21,602 nt of DNA from Promethearchaeota archaeon (GCA_048938445.1 JBHLME010000075.1:1-21602); one strand, 5' to 3'; positions 8,792 through 18,166 are shown, counted from the first letter of the stretch. Numbers and translations: made by a program. Notes: generated by a model not told the origin, from the sequence alone.

Positions 8792-8953
8792 TTATTTCGT
8801 TAATTCACGGCGTTTTGGTCTTAAATCCTTCCCACGACATTTTCTACACTTTTTAGCTCTAACCGGATTTAAGGCTCCGCATTTACGGCATACACTTTTC
8901 TCTAAAAGGTGGTATCGAGCAATTCTTCTTTTGAATAGATCATCAATAGGCAT
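8792..8953 (-). CDS. rpl40e: 50S ribosomal protein L40e (eL40), not in the ORF track
   Basis: Manual translation: MPIDDLFKRRIARYHLLEKSVCRKCGALNPVRAKKCRKCRGKDLRPKRRELTK* (53 aa), with the CRKC...CRKC...LRPK signature. Confidence 0.96.
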   Translation of the reverse strand: MPIDDLFKRRIARYHLLEKSVCRKCGALNPVRAKKCRKCRGKDLRPKRRELTK

Positions 8954-9136
8954 TTTTTATTAAACTAGCTCTTTTTTGTATCGTTAGTAAACTTGAAATT
9001 TATTAAATCCAGAATGATTTCATAAATTTACTATGTAAAATAAATTTTTTGATGATTATCAATACAAATCAAAAAATTAAAATTTCATAATTAATAGAAT
9101 TAAGTAAAATAGCATATTAATTTAAGTTGAGTAGAG

Positions 9137-9331
9137 TTGCCTAGAGAAATATTTGAAGAGGAAAAATTTCTAGAATTAGCAGAATACGCTGTTCACTGTC
9201 GAGTTAAATCCACCAAAGATGTCGTGAAATTAAAATTAAGAACAAAAAAGATATTATACACTTATAAGACCGATCCAGCATCAGCAGAACGACTTTTAAA
9301 AAATATCAGCTGTGAAATTATAGAGTTATAA
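9137..9331 (+). CDS. rpl38e: Ribosomal protein L38e (eL38)
   Basis: MPREI...FLELA...CRVK...VKLKLRTKKILYTYK matches eL38 (MPxxI...KFKVRCSRYLYTL); TTG start; divergent from rpl40e. Confidence 0.9.
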   Translation: MPREIFEEEKFLELAEYAVHCRVKSTKDVVKLKLRTKKILYTYKTDPASAERLLKNISCEIIEL

Positions 9332-9393
9332 AACTAAAACTGATTTATAGCAAAGGTATTATCATAAATACTATTTTTATAATCTAATTACGT

Positions 9394-10605
9394 ATGAAAC
9401 AATTTTCAATATTGATAAAACCTGCTGGAGCAGATTGTAATCTTAGGTGCCAATACTGTTTTTATTTGGACCATTTAAAAGAGCAATACGAAAAACCTCG
9501 AATGTCAGACGAAATACTTGAAAAAACCATCAGTACCTACATGCAATTGAATCAAAATAATGTATTTACCTTCGGGTGGCAAGGAGGGGAACCAACATTA
9601 ATGGGTTTGAAATTTTTCAAGCGGGTGGTGGAACTTCAAAAAAAACATGGGCCTGCAAATGCAGTAGTTCAAAATGGCCTACAAACTAATGGAACTCTTA
9701 TTACAGAGGAATTAGCACGATTTTTTGCTAAATATAAGTTCCTCCTGGGAGTAAGCCTTGATGGTCCAGAAATATTTCATGATTACAATAGAAAAACAAT
9801 TGATGGAAAGTCCACACAATCATTAGTAATGCAAGGTATAGATAAACTTAAAAAAAATTGTGTTGAATTTAATATCCTTTCCTTAATAAATAAGAAAACA
9901 GTTCAGCATGCGAAAGAAATTTATCAATATTTCAAGGACAATGGTTTATATTTTCAACAATACATTCCTTGTGTCGAATTTAGTAAAAATAACTTCCTTG
10001 AATCCTTCTCCATAACAGGAGAAGAATGGGGCAAGTTTCTATGTGAACTATTCGATCAGTGGATAAAATACGATGCAACACGGATTTCAATCAGGTTATT
10101 TAATTCCATCCTGGAGTATTTAGTAAATGGTCGCTATAATATTTGTTCCATGCAAGATAATTGTTGTCAATATCTTGTTGTTGAACATGATGGTGGAGTT
10201 TATCCTTGCGATTTTTTTGTTCGTGAAGAATTTTTATTAGGTAATGTAAAAACGGGAAATTGGAATGATTTTCTTAATTCTACAACATATAAGAAATTTG
10301 GCCTTCAAAAATCTTCATGGAACGATAAGTGTGTATCTTGTGATTATATTAAAGTTTGTAATGGTGATTGTCAAAAATTCAGAGAGAATAATAATTATTC
10401 ACCTAAAACCTTAAGTACTCTATGTGAAGGCTGGAAGAAGTTTTATGCTTATACGTTACCACGTTTTAAGGTTTTAGCAAATCGAATCAAAGCAAAGCAA
10501 GGGATGAATCGTTCCCAACCAAACAAATTTAGAAAAATAGGTCGAAATAGTTCTTGTCCATGTGGTAGTGGAAGAAAGTATAAAAATTGCTGTTTTAAAC
10601 TTTGA
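9394..10605 (+). CDS. Anaerobic sulfatase maturase (radical SAM/SPASM) with a C-terminal SEC-C motif
   Basis: IKPAGADCNLRCQYCFY, WQGGEPTL, QTNG, SLDGP, SPASM cysteines (YPCDF, CVSC...CNGDC...LCEG) and GRNSSCPCGSGRKYKNCC; adjacent to a sulfatase. Confidence 0.95.
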   Translation: MKQFSILIKPAGADCNLRCQYCFYLDHLKEQYEKPRMSDEILEKTISTYMQLNQNNVFTFGWQGGEPTLMGLKFFKRVVELQKKHGPANAVVQNGLQTNGTLITEELARFFAKYKFLLGVSLDGPEIFHDYNRKTIDGKSTQSLVMQGIDKLKKNCVEFNILSLINKKTVQHAKEIYQYFKDNGLYFQQYIPCVEFSKNNFLESFSITGEEWGKFLCELFDQWIKYDATRISIRLFNSILEYLVNGRYNICSMQDNCCQYLVVEHDGGVYPCDFFVREEFLLGNVKTGNWNDFLNSTTYKKFGLQKSSWNDKCVSCDYIKVCNGDCQKFRENNNYSPKTLSTLCEGWKKFYAYTLPRFKVLANRIKAKQGMNRSQPNKFRKIGRNSSCPCGSGRKYKNCCFKL

Positions 10606-10710
10606 TCCTTACTTTTTAATATTCTGCTTTCAAGATTTATAATACTATTAACACAATAGTTATCAATTTCCACTTTTAATGATTAATAAAAATTTAATAT
10701 ATTAATACTG

Positions 10711-10723
10711 AACTTATATAAAT
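10711..10723 (+). promoter_or_regulatory. Possible TATA box upstream of the sulfatase
   Basis: ttatataa at 10714-10721, about 60 nt upstream of ATG10779; the AT-rich background limits confidence. Confidence 0.3.
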
Positions 10724-10778
10724 GGAAAGTAAGAATATAAACTATTATTATAAAAATTAAAATGAGAGTTATTTTAAC

Positions 10779-12290
10779 ATGAGCGAAAAATTGAATGTAC
10801 TATTCATTATAACAGATCAACATAGAGCAGATCACATGAGTTGTGCGGGAAAAAAAATTTTAAAGACTCCAAACTTAGATCGGTTAGCTAATGATGGAAT
10901 TAGGTTCACGAATGCTTATTGTGCTAATCCCATGTGCATGCCTAATCGAAGTTCAATACTGACAGGTGTGTATCCGAATGTGCATGGTTGTAGAAGTAAT
11001 GGAATAAATTTACCTTCAGGAGTACCCACATTCGTAGAGTCTTTACGAAAAAGTGGATATAGCACGGCAAGCGTGGGAAAGTTACATCTGAATTTTTTTA
11101 TTCCCTCATTTAAAAGAAAGACGTACTCTGCAGAAAAGTTTTCTGATTGGATTCATAGAGATTTCAAGCAAACTATTAAAAAATTCCCTTTACCTTATTA
11201 TGGATTTGAGCATGTAGAAATCGTTATCGGACACGGAGACGTGTGCACTGGGCACTATACTGAGTGGTTAGAGGAGCGTGCACCTCAATATCTTAAACGC
11301 ATTGAAAAAAGGTTTGAAAAATTCTTTAATTTACCAATGTATGATACTGAACTACCAGAACACCTTTACAATACTAGATATGTAGAAGAAAGGACAATAA
11401 AATTCCTTGAAAAACATGCAAATGGCGAGCATGATGAAAAACCATTTTTCTTGCATTGTTCTTTTCCAGATCCTCACCATCCCGTATGTCCTCCTGGAAA
11501 ATATAAAGACCTGTATAAACCAGAGGACGTAGATCTCCCTCTAAATTTTTATGATTTTGAGAATTTATACAATCATCCTTTATTAGGGCTTTATTTAAGA
11601 CAACCGGGTTTTAGAGGTGCCATTTTACGGGATGCAACAGAAGAAGAGACAAAAAAATTCATTAGCTCTACTTACGGGAGCATTGCAATGATAGATCATA
11701 GTATTGGAAACATTTTGGCTTCTTTAGAAAAATTTGGATTAGCAGATAATACCATAGTGATTTACACTAGTGATCACGGTGATTTGATGGGAGATCATGG
11801 TATGATTTTGAAAGGACCTTGTCCTTTTAGTGGGATTCTAAGAGTTCCATTAATATGGAAAGTTCCTGGATTAACAACACCATCAATAACGAACTCTTTG
11901 GCGAGTTCTATAGATATCTCCTCAACTATTCTTAACCTTTTAAATATTAAGAAGAAATTTTGTCCTCCTGACATTCAAGGAATTGATTTAACTCCCATTC
12001 TTAAAGATTCTAATAATAAAGTAAGGAGTTCTTGTTTTATCGAGGAGGATGAGGATGGAATGACTAATGTTAATTTTAGATTGCGGCATTTGATAACGGA
12101 AAATTATAAATTAACAATTTATGCTCAATTAGAGGGATATGGAGATTTATATAATATTCAGAATGATCCTGATGAATTGATAAATTTATGGAATGATAAC
12201 AAGGATCTTAGTAATAAATTGACAGATAGATTACTTCATGAAGCCCTCAAAGCACAGAGTAGGCTTCCTCGCAGACAAGCATTATCATAA
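10779..12290 (+). CDS. Cys-type formylglycine sulfatase (cytoplasmic, arylsulfatase/choline-sulfatase-like)
   Basis: NVLFIITDQHR, the CMPNRSSILTG CxPxR motif (nt 10935-10949), GKLH, PDPHHP and YTSDHGD; no signal peptide seen. Confidence 0.95.
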   Translation: MSEKLNVLFIITDQHRADHMSCAGKKILKTPNLDRLANDGIRFTNAYCANPMCMPNRSSILTGVYPNVHGCRSNGINLPSGVPTFVESLRKSGYSTASVGKLHLNFFIPSFKRKTYSAEKFSDWIHRDFKQTIKKFPLPYYGFEHVEIVIGHGDVCTGHYTEWLEERAPQYLKRIEKRFEKFFNLPMYDTELPEHLYNTRYVEERTIKFLEKHANGEHDEKPFFLHCSFPDPHHPVCPPGKYKDLYKPEDVDLPLNFYDFENLYNHPLLGLYLRQPGFRGAILRDATEEETKKFISSTYGSIAMIDHSIGNILASLEKFGLADNTIVIYTSDHGDLMGDHGMILKGPCPFSGILRVPLIWKVPGLTTPSITNSLASSIDISSTILNLLNIKKKFCPPDIQGIDLTPILKDSNNKVRSSCFIEEDEDGMTNVNFRLRHLITENYKLTIYAQLEGYGDLYNIQNDPDELINLWNDNKDLSNKLTDRLLHEALKAQSRLPRRQALS

Positions 12291-12567
12291 TTATGGCTTA
12301 TTTTAAAATTAGATTTGGAATAGTTATGTCAGCTATATTCTATTTATCTTTATTACAATCCATCTCACTAATAATGGCAACGATATTTCTTTACATATCA
12401 CAAGTTTGGCCAAAGTGGGCCAAAAGAATTTTCTTGAGAAATGAATAAAGCAAACTATTCTATCTTTCTTTTTTTCAATTATAATATTTATTGGTGAATT
12501 TTAAAAAAACTCATATTTTATGTATAATTATCAAATTAAATTGAGTTAATGATAAAAAAAGCGTGAG

Positions 12568-13096
12568 TTGAAAAAAAACCATAAGAATACTCCCCGCCTG
12601 CAAGACGTGCGTAAGTAGCGAATTTTTATGTTCTATTTGTCAAGATAAATTAGATTCGGGTGAATTGACGGAATTTGAGATAGATTTAGCAAAAGAATTG
12701 ATCCAATTAGAAGAAGAGGAGCCAGAGAAATTTGGTTTTTTAAAAGATGTCTCATTTTTTAAAGCAATTGATTATGAAGATGTAGTAATTTTTGTAGTCG
12801 GGAAAAAAGATAAAATAAAATTTACCAAAGAACTTTTAGATCTTATAAAAAGCTCATATGAAATTGATACTATAATTTTAATAGAAAAAACGGATCAACC
12901 TAGACCAGTTGTCGATAGTTTGATTGCCCCCAGTAAACTTGTTTCATTAAATGAAATCTTTTTAGCGACAGGGGATATTGAGTTTAAAGCAGTAATATCA
13001 AAAGATGATAAAGAGAAGATTTTATTCACAAAATCTGAACTTGAAGAACTTATTCATGAATTAACTGGTAAAATCACGAGAGTTGATTTTCAATGA
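12568..13096 (+). CDS. Archaeal NusA-like paralogue with an N-terminal Cys4 Zn-binding motif; 5' end interrupted by an apparent +1 frameshift in an A8 run
   Basis: The frame of ORF 12665 extends upstream as KKTIRILPACKTCVSSEFLCSICQDKLDSGELTEFEIDLAK. This is the typical N-terminus of the NusA-like protein found beside pth2/truD in archaea. An in-frame TGA lies at 12569, and TTG12568 joins the frame only if A8 (12571-12578) is read as A7. Confidence 0.75.
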
Positions 13097-13186
13097 CAGT
13101 TAATACTCATTTAGTATTAAACAGCTTTTAACCTATAATAATTATTAATAGTTAAGATGTAAACTATTTATAGGAGTCTGATAAAT

Positions 13187-13540
13187 TTGGAATACAAACA
13201 AGTTATTTTAATTAGAACTGATCTGAAAATGGGCACGGGAAAAAAGTGTGCACAAGCCTGTCATGCAAGCGTGTCAGCTTCTGATTTGGTTAGAATACAG
13301 AATAAAACTGATTGGAAAAATTGGAAGAATACGGGACAAAAGAAGGTAGTCTTGAAAGTAAATTCCATGGAAGAAATGCTGGCCCTTTACAATAAATTAA
13401 TTAAAGAAAAATTGCTATGTTTCATTGTGAGAGATGCAGGACTAACTCAATTACCTCAAGGGACTACAACAGCTATAGGAATAGGGCCAGCAATATCATC
13501 TAGAATCGATCAAATAACAGGAGATTTAAAATTATTATAA
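13187..13540 (+). CDS. pth2: Peptidyl-tRNA hydrolase Pth2
   Basis: [41 protein letters not shown]...TTTAIGIGP...[11 protein letters not shown]; SD aggag at 13172 and TTG start. Confidence 0.97.
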   Translation: MEYKQVILIRTDLKMGTGKKCAQACHASVSASDLVRIQNKTDWKNWKNTGQKKVVLKVNSMEEMLALYNKLIKEKLLCFIVRDAGLTQLPQGTTTAIGIGPAISSRIDQITGDLKLL

Positions 13541-13552
13541 ATAGGGATTAAT

Positions 13553-14926
13553 TTGTCCAGAAGTACAATATTTAAAAATAATGATGAGAAAGAAGTTGAA
13601 AAACACGTAGGTATAGAAGATTATTGTATTTCACACATTAGAGGGATAGGTGGAGAATATAAAGCAAGTCACAAAGATTTTATAGTAAAAGAAATAACTA
13701 AAGATGGAAAAACTCTCGAAATGAGAGAGGATTCCGAAAGTCATCCCTTTTTAGAAGAATTTAAAGATAAATATACGACATTTAATTTAATAAAAATTAA
13801 TAAAGATACCTTTGAAGCGATTAATGAAATTAACAAGAAATTAAAAGTTTCTTCAAATTCGATTCAGTATTCTGGTTTAAAAGATAAGTGTTCTATTAGT
13901 GTTCAAAGAGTCTCAATTAAAGGAAATTATATTCAGAAACTGAAAAATTTGAAATTAAATGATATTTACTTAAGAAATATCATACCCTCGAATAAACCAA
14001 TTAAATTAGGGAGTCATTTTGGTAATAATTTCACAATTATAATTAGGAATATTAATCCTGAAAATGATGTTGAAGAGAGGATATCACAGATAGTCAATTA
14101 TTTGAATTCAATGGGATTTCCAAATTATTATGGATTACAAAGATTTGGTTCTCTTAGACCCAATTCTCACAAAATTGGCAAATCTATTTTACAACAAGAG
14201 TATGAGGAGGCATATCATGAATTTATTACTGCAATTTATTCAACTGAAAGTACAAAAGCTCAACAAGTGCGAATTAATTTAGCGAAAACTGGAGATTTAG
14301 AAAAAGCCTTGGAAGAATTTCCACAAACACTTCGCTATGAAAGGAAAATTATTAAAAGTCTAATCGATAAACCTGGAAATTATAAAGCTGCTTTTGATAC
14401 AATATCTCCTGGTTTAAAAACATTGTTAATAAGTTCGTTTCAATCATGGATATTCAATAAAATGGTATCAAAGCGTAGAGAAAAGGGATTTTCTTTATTT
14501 AAACCTTATGATGGAGATAGAATAGTGATTTTAGATGATGAATTGGGAAACCTGACCCAAATTTCATATATTTACGGAGGACTCTATGATAAATCTTTGG
14601 ATGAAGCTTTTAAAATGAATCGAGCAGTAATTGTTGCTCCCCTCATTGGATATAATACTAAATTAGAAGATTTTCCATTGATGAAAGATATTTTTCAAGA
14701 AGTGGCATCTCAAGAAAAAATTGACATTAATTTCTTAGACAATGATATATTAAATGAATATGAATTTAAAGGATCATATAGGGCAATTACAGTGAAACCT
14801 ATTGGATTGAAAGTTATTGAACTATCTGATGATGAATTCAATAATGATAAATTAAAATTAAAAATTGAGTTCTCTTTAGGAAGAGGTTCCTATGCTACCA
14901 TGCTTCTGAGAGAATTGATAAAATGA
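13553..14926 (+). CDS. truD: tRNA pseudouridine(13) synthase TruD/Pus7
   Basis: DFIVKEI, SGLKDK (catalytic Asp), GNNFTIIIR, GFPNYYGLQRFG, FQSWIFN, FSLGRGSYATMLLREL. Confidence 0.97.
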   Translation: MSRSTIFKNNDEKEVEKHVGIEDYCISHIRGIGGEYKASHKDFIVKEITKDGKTLEMREDSESHPFLEEFKDKYTTFNLIKINKDTFEAINEINKKLKVSSNSIQYSGLKDKCSISVQRVSIKGNYIQKLKNLKLNDIYLRNIIPSNKPIKLGSHFGNNFTIIIRNINPENDVEERISQIVNYLNSMGFPNYYGLQRFGSLRPNSHKIGKSILQQEYEEAYHEFITAIYSTESTKAQQVRINLAKTGDLEKALEEFPQTLRYERKIIKSLIDKPGNYKAAFDTISPGLKTLLISSFQSWIFNKMVSKRREKGFSLFKPYDGDRIVILDDELGNLTQISYIYGGLYDKSLDEAFKMNRAVIVAPLIGYNTKLEDFPLMKDIFQEVASQEKIDINFLDNDILNEYEFKGSYRAITVKPIGLKVIELSDDEFNNDKLKLKIEFSLGRGSYATMLLRELIK

Positions 14927-16438
14927 TTAATTAATGTCTAAATCCAAAACTTTAGTAGTTTCAACTCCACAAATATCGAGTACTTTTACCATTATCTTAT
15001 AATTACCTGGTTTTTCATAATAGTAAGGATTTGATTCTAATTTTAAAGTTCTTTTTTTAGAAGTTCTATAAGAAACCCACATGTTTCTGAATTTTTTTTG
15101 ATTAGTAAAATCATAATCAATTGCCCAGAAATCTATCCAATCTGAAAATTTAGATATTTTCTCTTTTATCTCATAAGAGATAAAATCAATATAAGGAATT
15201 TTATAATCTTTAATCTCTAATGAAATTTCATTAGCATTTCTTTTTAGAATGATTTCAAAGTGAGGAGGGAGATATTCCATATTATTTAGAGATTTATTCT
15301 CTTTTTTTGAAAAAAAATCGAGTGGAAATCCGTTTTCTTCAATAGTATGTTTAATTGTTAATATTTTGAATTCTCGGGGGATTTTATCGTATTTTTTTTT
15401 CCAATCAAAGAGGTTATTACTATTTTTTATATCCAACAATCTCTTTTTAGTGATTTGAATGGCATTTTTGGATAAATCACATCCAATCCAGCGTCTATTA
15501 AGTTTTTCTGCTACTACAACTGTAGTACCTGATCCACTAAAAAAGTCTGCAATCAAGTCATTTTCCTTGGTTGATGCTAAAATAATCCTTCTTAAGAGTC
15601 TTTCTGGCTTTTGTGTTGAAAATCCCTGATATTCTATAGTATTTGCTCTAACATAGGGGATGTCTGTCCATACGTCCCTTGGAAAAACGCCTTTATTTTC
15701 TATATATACTTTTTGAGATAATTTCTTTCCATCATGACTTCCACCACGATAATAAAAAATACCATTTACATCCTTGTTTAAAGCATTCTTAACTCGATTT
15801 GAATACTCCATGTAGATATTTGGGTCATCATTAAAGAGATAATTATCTGATTTCGTATAAAACAGGATTGTATCATAAGATCTTACATAAAATCGCTTGG
15901 TCTTGGCTGATGCCGCAGGATATGACCAAATTATTTCATTTCTGAAGTTTTTATCTCCAAATATCTCATCCATCATAACTTTGATATAATGTCCAACATG
16001 CCAATCTAAATGCATGTAGATACTTCCATCATCAGCAAGTAAATCTTTCATTAATAATAATCTTTCATACAAGAAATTTAAGTAAGAATCCAATCCATCT
16101 TTCCAAGCATCGGTATAAGCTTGCTTCCTTATCCATTTACTTGACTTTTTAGAGTCATCTCCTTCTCCTATTTGAATTTTATAGTCAAATTCTCCGCCAG
16201 TAGCGAATGGTGGATCAATATATATTAGTTTGATAGCACCCTTGAATTTATTCAATAAAGAGTGAATAGTTAATAAAGAATCGCCCCTGATCAATAAGTT
16301 CATCCAATCTTGATCATTTTTGATACTCATTGGAGTTGAAATTGATTCAAGAAGTTGGAAAGGGACGAGTTCCTTTTTTTTTAACGCTTCAATGTTAGAA
16401 ATACATTCTTGCTTTCCTTTCCAAAATAAACTTCCCAT
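14927..16438 (-). CDS. N6-adenine/N4-cytosine DNA methyltransferase, beta class (type III Mod-like), orphan in this window
   Basis: Motif IV IYIDPPF precedes motif I DFFSGSGTT; also FRNEIIW, TQKPERLLRRII and the C-terminal DWIDFWAIDYDF...KVLDICG domain. Confidence 0.92.
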   Translation of the reverse strand: MGSLFWKGKQECISNIEALKKKELVPFQLLESISTPMSIKNDQDWMNLLIRGDSLLTIHSLLNKFKGAIKLIYIDPPFATGGEFDYKIQIGEGDDSKKSSKWIRKQAYTDAWKDGLDSYLNFLYERLLLMKDLLADDGSIYMHLDWHVGHYIKVMMDEIFGDKNFRNEIIWSYPAASAKTKRFYVRSYDTILFYTKSDNYLFNDDPNIYMEYSNRVKNALNKDVNGIFYYRGGSHDGKKLSQKVYIENKGVFPRDVWTDIPYVRANTIEYQGFSTQKPERLLRRIILASTKENDLIADFFSGSGTTVVVAEKLNRRWIGCDLSKNAIQITKKRLLDIKNSNNLFDWKKKYDKIPREFKILTIKHTIEENGFPLDFFSKKENKSLNNMEYLPPHFEIILKRNANEISLEIKDYKIPYIDFISYEIKEKISKFSDWIDFWAIDYDFTNQKKFRNMWVSYRTSKKRTLKLESNPYYYEKPGNYKIMVKVLDICGVETTKVLDLDIN

Positions 16439-16768
16439 ACTTTACATATTGGAATTAGGATTTTTAAAAATTGTTAATAACCATACATTCATCCTATATT
16501 GAGTTGATTGATACTGATTTTATGATATTGTAAGAATGATAATTTTTTAAAATAATTACTAACGTAAATATAATAAATCCTTTTTCGCGTAAATATAAAT
16601 TTAATGTGTAGTTAAGAGATCTTTCAAAAATCAGTAATTAAAAATGAATTTTTTAATTTAATGGTTCAAAAATTAATAAAAATAATGGCATATTACTTAT
16701 TTTAATTTTTAATTTTTAATTAAATGTAGTATAGTAAAATTAAATAACAATAAAATAGGTTAAAAAAA

Positions 16769-18079
16769 ATGGTACAATTAAATGAAGTATGGCTTGTTGA
16801 TTACGCTCGAACTGCATTTTCCCGTTCGAGGCCTGGTGATCCCCAAAGAGATGTCTTGAGCGATTATAGAACCGATGAGCTCCTAGGAACCTTGTTAATA
16901 AAGATGTTCGAACAGGATCAATATCTTGGTGGAAAACCTGTAGAAAAGAAAGATGTGGAAGAATTTGGTGTAGGAACTGCTTTTGGTGTTTATGAATCAT
17001 GGACTTATGCAGGACGATTTCCATTATTTCAGGCGGGTTTTCCCGTGACTACATCTTCTTTTTTTGTTGATAAGCAATGTGCATCAGCGGGAGCGGCCTT
17101 AGCGTTTGTTTCACAGGAAATCATGACAGGTCAAATCGACATAGGAATGGCTACGGGTGTTGAACATATGACCAGAATTCCAATGAGTAATGATTGGACA
17201 GCTCCACCATGGGATATAGCTAATCCCGAGAGCCGCTGGTATAGACCAGAACTTGACTTAAAGAACTCATTTAACATGCTCCAGACGGCACAAAAATTAT
17301 ATGAAGAAGAAACACCATATTTTAAAAAAGAGGATTTGGATAGGTTTGGTGTAAGAAGTCATGATTTAACAGTCAAGAACCAAGAAACAGGTTGGTTTAA
17401 AGGTGAAATTATCCCTGTCGAAGGTCATATTGACGGAAATCTTGAAGAGAAAATCATGATTGATAAAGATATGGCTGCAAGGAAATCAACAATGGAGCAA
17501 ATGGCAGGATTAAGAAGGTTATCACAGCCTTTCTATCTGGAAAAAAATATTCGTGGAGAAGATATTGGCGGAAAATCAGGATATATCCAAAGAGAAGGCA
17601 CTGAAGAAGGAGTGATCACCGCGGGCAACTCATCTCCATTAAATGCTGGAGCCACGGCTTGCATGCTAATGAATGCCGAAGAAGCAAAAAAGAGAGGTAT
17701 CGAACCAATGGCAAGGGTAGTTTCTTTTGGTTGGGCAGGTGTTGATCCACGAGTTATGGGTCGCGGACCCGTACCTGCTTCTCAAAAAGCTTTAGATATG
17801 GCTGGTTTAAAAGCGGACAATATTGATTTCTGGGAAATTAACGAAGCATTTTGTATTGTTGCACTTAATTGCATGAAACATTTTAACATTCCAGAAGAGA
17901 AAGTTAACATTATGGGGGGAAGTAGTGCGATTGGTCACCCATTAGGGGCTACAATGGTTCGATTAACTGGTACTTTGGCACGGATTTTAAAAGATAATAA
18001 GGGTAAATATGGGATCGCTAATGCGTGTATAGGAAGTGGACAAGGATTAGCAGTTCTCATCGAAAATATTGATGCCTAA
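16769..18079 (+). CDS. Acetyl-CoA C-acyltransferase (thiolase)
   Basis: KQCASAG (catalytic Cys), TAGNSS, MGRGPVPA, EINEAF, GHPLGA, ACIGSGQG. Confidence 0.96.
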   Translation: MVQLNEVWLVDYARTAFSRSRPGDPQRDVLSDYRTDELLGTLLIKMFEQDQYLGGKPVEKKDVEEFGVGTAFGVYESWTYAGRFPLFQAGFPVTTSSFFVDKQCASAGAALAFVSQEIMTGQIDIGMATGVEHMTRIPMSNDWTAPPWDIANPESRWYRPELDLKNSFNMLQTAQKLYEEETPYFKKEDLDRFGVRSHDLTVKNQETGWFKGEIIPVEGHIDGNLEEKIMIDKDMAARKSTMEQMAGLRRLSQPFYLEKNIRGEDIGGKSGYIQREGTEEGVITAGNSSPLNAGATACMLMNAEEAKKRGIEPMARVVSFGWAGVDPRVMGRGPVPASQKALDMAGLKADNIDFWEINEAFCIVALNCMKHFNIPEEKVNIMGGSSAIGHPLGATMVRLTGTLARILKDNKGKYGIANACIGSGQGLAVLIENIDA

Positions 18080-18089
18080 TAATATCATA

Positions 18090-18106
18090 TTTCTTTTTTT
18101 CTTTCT
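18090..18106 (+). terminator. Putative oligo-T terminator after the thiolase
   Basis: tttctttttttctttct 11 nt after the stop codon, between convergent genes. Confidence 0.4.
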
Positions 18107-18166
18107 GAAATAAGCTTCTCATAATTTACATATTAAAATGAATATTGTAAAAAGAGTCAAAAATAA

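Noticed and set aside
8778-8963. 61-aa + strand ORF
   Set aside because: It is the antisense shadow of rpl40e.
12563-12571. GTG-AGT-TGA in frame with the NusA-like gene, suggesting selenocysteine or readthrough
   Set aside because: The TGA would be codon 3, not at a Cys-equivalent position, and I could not identify a SECIS-like hairpin. An A-run indel explains the data more simply.
16439-16768. 330-nt AT-rich spacer as a possible ncRNA, origin or CRISPR leader
   Set aside because: I saw no GC-rich structure, ORB-like boxes or regularly spaced repeats. It is consistent with a divergent promoter region.
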